DNA of 64,000 bases from Lama glama. Taxonomy: Eukaryota. The number at the start of each line of letters is the position of its first letter. Position 1 is the stretch's first letter. This document shows positions 53,271 through 64,000 of this stretch, one piece after another. The notes under the pieces are model-generated. The model worked only from the letters and a program-made list of their open reading frames with translations. It did not search any database and had not been told where the DNA came from. The stretch lies in NCBI GenBank assembly GCA_028534125.1, contig CM052832.1, positions 17,796,001 to 17,860,000 of the forward strand, read 5' to 3'. Position numbers and translations under genes: made by a program.

Positions 53271-56125
53271 CCCTACTCTTTTCATCTGAGGAGCTGTGAC
53301 TGGTGTTTTTGCTTCTTGGTCTTTATTTCTGGCTTGCAATTTTTATCTTTCTGGTTTCTGACTTTGCTTATTTATTCTTAGAAAAACTTGTCCTTGCCTA
53401 TGAAACTTGTAATTCTGGCACTTTTCAGGCTAATAGACTTGGATATACTTCCCTTAAAGCCTGGAGTCTGTATTATTCTATTAATCCTACTAGAGTAATG
53501 TTTACATTGTAATAAAAGTTTGTGGGGTTATGAGCTAGGAAATGGATCAAATATATAGAGCTTTTTAGCAGAATGGCATTTCTCTTGTAGATGGAGTGCA
53601 AGCTTAGGTTTTGGAAGGAAAGAGAAGTTCACTTGGCACCTCACTAATTTGTAACATATCCAATAAGGCCTTAAAATTTGTTTACAATTTAGTGACAACT
53701 ATTCTAGCTCCATGTGTCCTCTGCTCAAGAAACATCCATGCTGTTACATAGGCTTTCATACTCAATAGTATAGAAGGCTGATAAAGTACTTACTACTCAT
53801 AACAGTTGGTAAGGATGGGATGTGCTTAAAATGTATTTCAACTAAATTATACGGAAAACAAAGTCACGTTATAGAAATGTGCTTCATGATTAGAAAATAC
53901 AAGGCAGCTCTCAAACCCAGGAGAACTAATTTAGAGATCCTTGGTACATAATGGGAAAGGAATTAAACTAGGTAATCCAGACCTAAAGTCAAGGGTCTAA
54001 GTATCCTCCCAGAGATTTTAGAAGCTATAGAAAGAAACTCAAAAGGTGAAAGACAGATGCAGAGACACACTAAAAAGCAATTGCCCACATGTACAAAAAA
54101 TGAGAAAACAATGACCAGGTGGTTTTATACTTTATAGCTGAAGTTGAAAGCTTAAAAGAACTCCTTGCCTTACCAATAGTTAACCTTTGTAAGGTGAAAT
54201 GCTAAATATACATCTAGCCAGTCTCCCAACTCAGGAATGTTTCCTTGAGGACCCTAGCCTCATGTCTTTGAAAAACAATCAAGATAACACTACCTCTGTT
54301 TCCTGGGGAGAGATGGGCCTAACTTCAGTTATCCCTTGATTCCAAAATGCCAAACCTACATACATGATACTTGAATGGTTTGTATACACTTAGCTGTATA
54401 AAAGAGATTTCTCTCTTTGCTTTGCAAACCCTTTAGCAGATTACCTGTGATGCACTCATATTCTAGTTTAACACTTATTCAAAAATAACTTTTCTGTTTC
54501 TACTACCTTTGTGTGGAGAAGTTTTCTGAACTGGGAGATTTTACTTTTAATTATATTTCCCCAACATTTTCTGAGTTGGGGAAATAAAATATTTATATTT
54601 TGTATACTGTAAGTCAATTATCTCGTTTTCTACTGATTTCTTGAATAATTTTGACAAAAGTCTCAGTTAAAAACAACAAATTCCTAGGTATTCTGTGCAT
54701 AATTTAAATGCTATGTTATACTTAATAGTATTTGTCTTTAGAAATCTATTACATTCATAGCCTGATTCTTTTGATACCTTTTCTAAATCCAGATCCCATT
54801 TTGAATAATGAAACTATTAAGGTGTTAATATATTTATATTTAAATTACTTTTGCAGTTGTAGCCTCTCAGCTATACATAAGGTTTGTTCTTTCATGTATA
54901 TAATTAAGCATATACAATTATGAGAATTGTTATATATTGTGCAATATTTGAAAATAGAGGGCAGATCAAAAAAGGAAACCACATCCTTAAGTGAACCAGA
55001 TGTTATTGATATAAATGTTTAACAGTTATACTTTTTAAGTTGGGTAAACCATACTTAGATGCATATTAAAGACAAAACTGTCAAGAGATTTTGTTCCTAG
55101 GTATAAATGCCCTTATTTGGTGGCTATAATAGCAAATACTTGATGGCATCTATCAGGGGGCCCTTGGAGGTTTGTCAGTATCCTATTTGTATTATCATAC
55201 CTAAATAGAGTATTCTATCCTTCTCTACAAAGATGTTGATTAATATAATACAATAACCAAATTCTTTGTTGTCATCAACAAGTGGTTTTTCCAGAAGCAT
55301 CAAAAGTATCAAAGAGAAATTGTAGGGTCAATTATGTCAGTGTTTCCAACAGCCCAAATAAAGTGAAGACTAATAATTGGCCATTGGATGTAGTAAAATG
55401 ACTTTTTATTATTTTGTCTTTCCTCAGTAAAAAGGGCATTAGTCTTTTTCCCCCCTTCATATATCACCAGTGCCAAGTGCAGTGTCTGAAGCACAGCAGT
55501 CACGCTGTAATATAAATAGATGAATTATTTAACTAACGTTCCCGAAGCCATCAATTGAGATCTTTCCTGGCTGACTATAGTGAATATACTAAGGGAGAGT
55601 CCTGAACAAGCGATGAAACTGCCTAATCTGTGTTAAGGAATACCTGCAAATTCTCAGGGCATTTAGTTACAGTACTGTTTTATATTTGCTAAGGTTTCAG
55701 GGTATGGCTTCCTTCTAGTGGAAGTTTTCCCAGTACAGCTGGAAAGTAAAGCCAAACAATTGTCCTAAGTCCCGGATGTCTTGGTTCTAACCACTTAACC
55801 ACGTAGGTATTTATAGCAAGATCTCTTTATGCAACAAACGTAACTCATTAAGCAGATAATCTTTCCCACTATCCACCTTTTAGCAAAATCAGCAACTAAT
55901 GACCGCTTACCAATTACGTGCGATTATGTTCTTAGGTGAAGGATGGACCGAGCAGTCCCTTGCTGTAACTAGGCGGCTTAGGTACGCATGCACCCTGGAA
56001 AACGCAAAAACCAACCTCAGAGAACAAGCGGCTACGTTAAAAAAAAAAAAGTGCCTGCAGTGATTTATCAAAATATTTCTAAATCATGAAACTAGTATCA
56101 CAGCTCCTCAAATGAGAAAATAGGA

Positions 56126-56141
56126 AGCCCTGAAAAGGGCT
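56126..56141 (-). terminator. Variant histone 3' stem-loop (A-U closing pair)
   Basis: Minus strand AAAA-AGCCCTTTTCAGGGCT-TCCTA, then HDE-like TGAGGAGCTG, at the expected distance from the H4 stop codon. Confidence 0.85.
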
Positions 56142-56174
56142 TTTTGTTTGGAAATCGGAGACAAAACAGCTAAC

Positions 56175-56684
<510 letters not shown>

Positions 56685-58603
56685 TTACCATTTTTTAAGG
56701 CTTTAACAATTGCTTTTGAATACGAAGACAAAACAATGTTGTGGAAAATACCGAAGAGCATACAATAAAGTAACAACCAGTTATCCCACCACGTAGAGGT
56801 CATTACTGCTAGGGAATTAGTACTTTGGTGACCAGATAAAAGCACATTTTTCCCCCAAAGATAACGCTGTATATGGCGTTTTAATAACCACTTTACACTG
56901 ATCATATTTAAATGTTTCCCTTAAGTTTTTAAATAAGTTATTTTTAATGTGATTATTCTTATGAAATACCCCCGTGCAGTTTTAAACAATTCACTAGCAA
57001 TTCCTTAATCAGCCAGGTTTTTAAAATAATTTAATTCGCTGATGAGGTGGCACCTTTAACACTATACTTGGAACTCTTACTAAAATCCTATTCTGTTCTA
57101 TATATTGTTTTTAAAATTTACTTGTTACATTCAGAATTAATTTTATGGTAGGTAATTCAGTTTTCTTTGATCAGTGGTCACTCAGCAAGATTTATTGATT
57201 TATCTCTCAGTGATAAAGTACCATAGTTAATGTAATGTCTGTACTGGGAACAATTGTCCTTTCTATTGCATTTCCATTAAAATGTTTTAAACATTGTAAC
57301 ATGTTTCAAGTTAAAGAAAAAAACCCTTTGAATTTCGATAATTGCACTTCACTTATTAGGGCATAAAAATGGACATTTTTAAAAGAATGCAATTTTGTTT
57401 TCCATATACTAAATCTAAAATCATTTTCAGAAAAGATGAAGTTTAGTGTCAATGTTGTTACCAGTATCTTATTCATTTTTTTCTTGCCCCGATTTGCTTT
57501 TCCATACATTTAGTTAACTACTCTTCCCACATTCTTGGAAAACAATACCAGTTGTATGGGAGGAGAAACTTTACCTCTAGTCACGTGTTTTCAACTGGTA
57601 CTCTTACAAAAATACGTATTAACAGGAGAAAACCAGAGTGTCTTTACACGTGCACATCATAAGGAAGAAACCTAAATGAAAAGTAACTCAAAGTGGAGGC
57701 TTAGAATTCCAGCTTATTTAGCGTCTTCAGAGAGGTACAATAAATTTGCAGAGAAATGACAGGACAAAGGAAAGGAATTTTAGGCATCCAAGGGCAGCAA
57801 ACTGGGGAAGTGAAAATGTGGGAGGAAACAAACTTAGCAGGAACCACGCAGGGACTTTCTGGGTAAAAAGCCCCTCTGTCCCTCCATTTATTGTTTATTA
57901 AATATAAAAGGGTCTTTTGAGCATGAGCCACCCACACCCTTTACTTGAGCCCTGCAAATAAATGCTTTAAGTTCCATCACCAGAACCCAGTACCAGTGAA
58001 CTGACTTTACTAAGTGGAAGTGATCGGATCCAAGTTTGTTTCGGTAGCAGAAGCATTAAGGCAGCGATGGAAGTCAAGGACAGATGAGTTTTACTAAAAA
58101 ATTCCACTCCTCAGAGGCAACCATTTAACATTTTGATGGCTATTTCTCTGTGAAGCACCAAGTCTCAGCACTCTTAAAGCTACGTTAACTTTCAACTACA
58201 AGTATGAAGCTTTAGAGACGTGTGCGGTTATGGGCCTGTTGCTGCCTGGGGAGCAATCTCGCGAATCCTGCTCTAATCCCTTATTCAAACCTATCAGCAG
58301 TAAATAGCGGAGTAGCTTGTACCTCTACAGAAAACAAAATGAAAGCCCCATGAATTACAGCGGTGCTCTAGTTACTTGCAGTGCAAGGAAGTACTTTTAA
58401 ATATCTCAGGGGACTAAAAGGCAGTGTTCTATGCGTTAACGCTCCATTAAATACACAAAACTCTTTAACACAACACAACTACAGCAAAAATGGAAAAATA
58501 CACATAAAGCAAGGCAGTTATGAAGTAACAATCTAGTTATACTTACACATCTCAAAGCAAACTAAACATATAGTGGACATGCTCTTTCTCGGAAAACATG
58601 GGT

Positions 58604-58619
58604 GGCTCTGAAAAGAGCC
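58604..58619 (-). terminator. Histone 3' stem-loop
   Basis: Minus strand GGCTCTTTTCAGAGCC-ACCCA, then HDE GAGAAAGAGC. Confidence 0.96.
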
Positions 58620-58663
58620 TTTGGGTGTGAACGAGTCTGATAAATCACTATACAGCCGATGAA

Positions 58664-58890
<227 letters not shown>

Positions 58891-59390
58891 NNNNNNNNNN
58901 NNNNNNNNNNNNNNNNNNNNNNNNNNNNNNNNNNNNNNNNNNNNNNNNNNNNNNNNNNNNNNNNNNNNNNNNNNNNNNNNNNNNNNNNNNNNNNNNNNNN
59001 NNNNNNNNNNNNNNNNNNNNNNNNNNNNNNNNNNNNNNNNNNNNNNNNNNNNNNNNNNNNNNNNNNNNNNNNNNNNNNNNNNNNNNNNNNNNNNNNNNNN
59101 NNNNNNNNNNNNNNNNNNNNNNNNNNNNNNNNNNNNNNNNNNNNNNNNNNNNNNNNNNNNNNNNNNNNNNNNNNNNNNNNNNNNNNNNNNNNNNNNNNNN
59201 NNNNNNNNNNNNNNNNNNNNNNNNNNNNNNNNNNNNNNNNNNNNNNNNNNNNNNNNNNNNNNNNNNNNNNNNNNNNNNNNNNNNNNNNNNNNNNNNNNNN
59301 NNNNNNNNNNNNNNNNNNNNNNNNNNNNNNNNNNNNNNNNNNNNNNNNNNNNNNNNNNNNNNNNNNNNNNNNNNNNNNNNNNNNNNNNNN
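58891..59390. other. Assembly gap (500 N) inside an H2B gene
   Basis: Run of exactly 500 N. Confidence 1.
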
Positions 59391-60260
59391 CTGCGGTTTG
59401 CTAACGTTTTTTTCTTTAGATACTGTATCAGTTTGTAGTATCTAAGTAACTAAGCCTTCCAGCCGCAAGAAGTGATCTGAACAGTTTTCTAGCTCCTTAA
59501 AAGAAAAAGTACCCCAGACGAATGCTTTTACAAGCGAAACCGGAAATACGAAACACAATGTAATCAGCCGTATTAGCCAGAGGGTGCCTCCCTGGCGTTT
59601 GAGAACACAATGTCCATAGACAGGTCCCTGTAGGTTATGGCTTCATAATCACCTTTATATTATTTCTAATATAAACCTTCAGCATCCAGAGGGTCTCTTG
59701 TAGATGAGATAAGTAACGCGCTTCATTCCACCGCACCTGGCCAGGTGCGGGATGGCGGACTGGGTGATGCCCTGAGAGTAGCCACGCAGGACCTTAAGGT
59801 AGTGCTTAGTACCATTCTTACCCAAGTTCCTCTCCGCCTTTCTAAGGTCTTGTCATGTTGAGACTATAGATAGAAGGAAACTCGAAAGACAAACTTAGAA
59901 AAAAAAACGTATTCATGGGGAGAGGGGGGGAAAAAAGTCCAGCTGTTTGTTTGAATTCTTCGGACCTAGTTGAAAACTAGAGAAATGCGGGCGGGAAAGA
60001 CTCAGTTCAACCGTCTTCCTTGTTCCAAAGGTTGGGGAGGAGGTACCAGCCAAGGCTGCTCCCAAAGTAACTGAGACCTTGGGTAAGGTGAGGCTTACTG
60101 TGCTGTGCCCATGGAAGGAAGAAAAGGTTCTGTGGAGTCAGAGATGTGAGTATGTTTGGCAAGAAATAGGATTAATCAGTGAAGGTGGTTCTCCATTTAC
60201 TACTTGCCAAACTACAGATGTAGGCATAAGGTGTATTAGCTCGCAGCCCATTATTATAAT

Positions 60261-60698
60261 GTGGACAAAGAATGTTGCCTACCATTTCAGTAAACAATGT
60301 TGCCTGCCATCAGCCATTGCAGCCACCCTCTATGGTGTGCTCTGGGGGGAATTCAGGATGGAGGAAAACCAGACACTGGCCCTAGATAGTTAAGGTGCAT
60401 ATCAAAAGAATAATTTCAGTGAGCCCAGACTCCTGCATCTTCCCATAGATGGAAAAGCACTAATATCATTAACTTAAGATGTCTGCTTTTTTGTGATTAG
60501 CAGGAATCTCTTGATGTTTGATTACTTTTTTTTTTCCAGCAAAAGTTTCTTTATATTCTGGCTCCTCCTTTACCTCTTTGGAACAGTTCCTCAGAACTAT
60601 CTGAGAGTCTGTCTCTTGGGCTATGCTCTTCCATAAAATCCCTGAATAAAATATAAATTGCAACTGTTAGGTTTGGGTCCCCTCCCCCTCAGGTGACA
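60261..60698 (+). mobile_element. Probable ERV-type solo LTR
   Basis: TGTGGACA...GTGACA termini with AATAAA at about 60645 near the 3' end. Family not identified. Confidence 0.5.
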
Positions 60699-63600
60699 AA
60701 AATAATGAAGCATTTTTCTGCTGCAAAGCCAATCAATAAGTGGGGCTCTGGCTAACTTTCTACTTTAATTACCTTCTGTCCCCCTGTTGCATTATGATAT
60801 TAACAAAACTTCAATAATGCTTTTTTCAATCACTCTTTCCAGGTTCTGAGAGAAATCTCTAACAGTTGACCAGCTCAAAGTTTTGCCTTCTAATAATCTT
60901 CAATGACTTTATGAGCAAACAAGATTCCATCGTGAATTTTAAGTAATTCCTGCTACCACCAAAATCCAACTGTATTTCCTAAAGCATTCTTCCATCCAAT
61001 TATCATTTTATTCAGTATCTACTTTTCACTATAGGACAGTCACTGCTTTCTGGAATAGAAATGGAAAAGCTTGAATAAGACTCCTTGAACTCAATTTTCA
61101 ATCACTGGCGGTGGCCCTGAAGATTGGTAGAATTTTCAGGGAGGAAAATTGGCGATATCTATCAAATTAAAAAATACATATATCTTTATACCCAGCAAAG
61201 CCACCTCTAGGAATTTACCAGTTTTGAAAATGAGCGAAATGACACATGTACAGGGTTTTAGGGCAGCCCAGTTGGTTGTACAAAATAGAAGCAATCTGAT
61301 AAACAATAAAGCAATGACATTAATAGCATATCATTCTGTCTGATTTTAAAACATCACAAGGTTAGTTTTCTTAATAGTAGCTAGTATTTATTGCTTACCA
61401 TCTGTCAGATAATGTCCTAAAAGTTTCCTTATGCACATTAAATTATTTAACCTTTATAACAACGTTTTGAGTTAAATTATTGTGATTATTCTTGCTTCAC
61501 AGATTATAAAGTGGGAGTTTAGAGAATTTGAGAAAATTGCCTACGTTTTCACAACTATTAAGTAGTGAAAGCAACTCAAAAGTAGTCTAGCTTCAGAAGC
61601 CATATTGTAACCACTGTATTAGCCTATGGCCTCTCCAAGTGCAAAAAGCAAGGTATGGGATATTGTGCAGAATTTGTACATATATATGTATGAATGTAAA
61701 ATATCTTTAGAAGATGTTAGACAAACCACTAACTTTGGTTGCCTCTGTGGAAAGGAAGCTTGATGGCCTAGAGATGGATGGGTGGAGGATCTTTTCAATT
61801 ATAACCCTTTTATGCATTTTGAATTTTGAATCATGTTTGCATTATCAATAGAGAAATAGATAAATAAAACACATGTAAGATAATTAATGCGTCAATAGAG
61901 ATGTGTATGGAAAGCCCAAGGACCACAGAATAAATAATACCAATGGCAGGGGGAGAGGGGCAGCAGGGCACAAAACAACTTTCTGGGCAGATGAAGTAAG
62001 AAAGTATTCGATTCAAGGCATTGGAAGTGGTTGGCGGGACTAAAGTCTACAGGAGTGGGCAGAAGGGAGCAGCCTGAAGGGCTGAGCAAGCAGTCTGGCT
62101 GAATGTTATACCAAGGACTTCATTCTGTGTGATGAGCAGGCTTCTCAAAATGATTACAGGACTCAAGTGTAAAACAACACATTTTGAGCCGTGAAGAGCT
62201 TATCAGATAAGATTCTGAAATAGTCACAATTCTATGTGCCAATTGAATGTTGTATGGTTATTTAAATGAAGCCAACTCTCACATTATTTGTTACATTAAT
62301 CTAGCAGTTTTAGGATTTTCTTTGTTCCTCTGAGTGTGAAGAAGGAAAAGAAAGTACCATTGGTCCATTTGTTTTGGAACTAGTAGTCCTTTAGTTAACC
62401 AGTTAGAAAGTGATGTCAAATACAACATTGTTATCTTTGCAGCCAGTGGACCAGAATTGCATACTACATAGATACATCTCTAAGGAACATGCAATAATGT
62501 CTAATCCTTGGATTTCCCAGGAGATTGCTTACAAATCAAGTGACACACCCACATTTTTATTAACTGAGGACAACTGGGAGGTAGGTTTGTATACTGGCAC
62601 AGAACTCTACTGAACAAGAGAAAGAGAATCTGACAACACATTGGATCACATTCATTTGACAACTTTCATGAAGGAGAATTGTAACTATAACTTCAGGAGA
62701 GAGGAACATCTCCCTGTTTTTTTGAGAATAAAAGTATTAATTATAGACTTACATTTTTAAGGGTAGGTTCTGAAATTTAGGTAGTCAATATTAGAAGAAA
62801 GAGCAGGCCTGAATTCATTCTTTTACATTAAAAAAATAGCAAAAAAGACTAAAGAGGATTTTATTTCATAACGAGAAAATTTGGGGCATGTGGTATCCTT
62901 CAACAGGGCTTTATCTTCCACCATCCAGGAGGTCCCTTGGCAAAAAAAAAAAAAAAAAAAAGGAAGATCTAAGGATCTGACATTGTTGAGGTGGGGCTTT
63001 AATACTACAGAGAGACAAAGGCCATTTTAGTCCCTGTGCACCCACAGACAAGTCAATGCCTCATTGCAGTTTCCTTACCTGCAAAATAGGAGTAGAAAAT
63101 CAACCCAGTTTCATCAGGAAGTTGTTTGAGTCAAAGACAATATATGTAATAGGGAAATAACTGAGCACCATACACCAAGGGAAGAAGAATGAAATAGAAA
63201 GTATTGTAAATTCCAGTTATAAGTCAGGCAGATCATTGTAGAGCTAATAATTTTACCTCAGGGTGATCCAATCAGTCAGCAAAAGGGAAATGAATTAATT
63301 TCATCATAAAATATTGAGTGCTTATTAGATAATGGGTACTGTTCTAGCATTGAGGACACACAGCAAAAAAAAAAAAAAAAGCCTGTGAAAGTTCCTGTTC
63401 TTGTGGCAGTTTGGAGAGGCAAGCCAGACAATAAAAAATAAATTAAATTCTTAATATATCAGTTCCTTAATAAGTGATTTGGATAAAAATAAAGCAGGGA
63501 AGGTGATAGGAAGTTGCGGGTCTCACTTTTAAGGTGGGTATGCAAACAAGGACTCACAGAGGAGTCGCTGGCATAAAGTGGGGAAAGCTGTTCTGTGTGG

Positions 63601-64000
63601 AAGGAATGAGTATGCAAGTCAGGTCCCTGCTTAGCATGTTCTGGAATCTGCAAGAGGCCATGGTGGTTGGAACAATGGGAGCCACCAGGTGAGAAGTTTT
63701 GAGTTTCTTGTGTCTTTTTCTCTTCATCCAACTTAATTTCTGATAAAGCCTTGACAACCTGCAGGTTTTTTTTAAAATAACTGCTGAAAAAAATGCCCTG
63801 TAAGACAAGAAAAGATGGCCCCACCTCTGCTAGGATCTAGATCTAGGAAAGCAAACAATATTATTGTAAAACCATCCTTAAAGGGGTGAATTCTCAGCCA
63901 AACCCCAGCACCAGAACCTGGAATGTCCTCTGAGTGAATCATACCCAACAAATGTCTTTTTTACAGCTTAATATAATAACAATACATAGCACTGAGAGGG

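Noticed and set aside
58257..58266. TCTCGCGA (BANP/ZBTB33-like motif) downstream of the last H2B
   Set aside because: Incomplete match (TCTCGCGAAT versus TCTCGCGAGA) with no supporting neighbouring motifs.

Overview
Mammalian genomic DNA, probably camelid (three tRNA-derived SINEs resemble the camelid Vic-1 family), from a draft assembly with three fixed-size 500-N gaps. Gene content, order and strand match, in reverse orientation, my recollection of the human 6p22.1 junction between the olfactory receptor cluster and the HIST1 histone cluster. The order is OR2W6-like (-), OR2B2-like (+), tRNA-Gly(GCC), tRNA-iMet(CAT), H2B (partial, gap), a divergent H2B/H2A pair, two convergent H4 genes and another partial H2B (gap). 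The rest is mostly L1, L2, MIR, MLT/ERV LTRs and hAT transposon fragments. I do not see a clearly new multi-gene system. The best leads are an H4 3' stem-loop with a compensated A-U base pair in place of the canonical G-C, a cluster of independent solo-LTR insertions upstream of the tRNA genes, orphan CCAAT/CHR promoter-like modules downstream of H2B genes, an H2B promoter with no octamer, splice donors overlapping histone stop codons, and a sharply bounded identical tract between two otherwise diverged H4 genes. Ortholog names and repeat family names are from recall and synteny, not from database searches.
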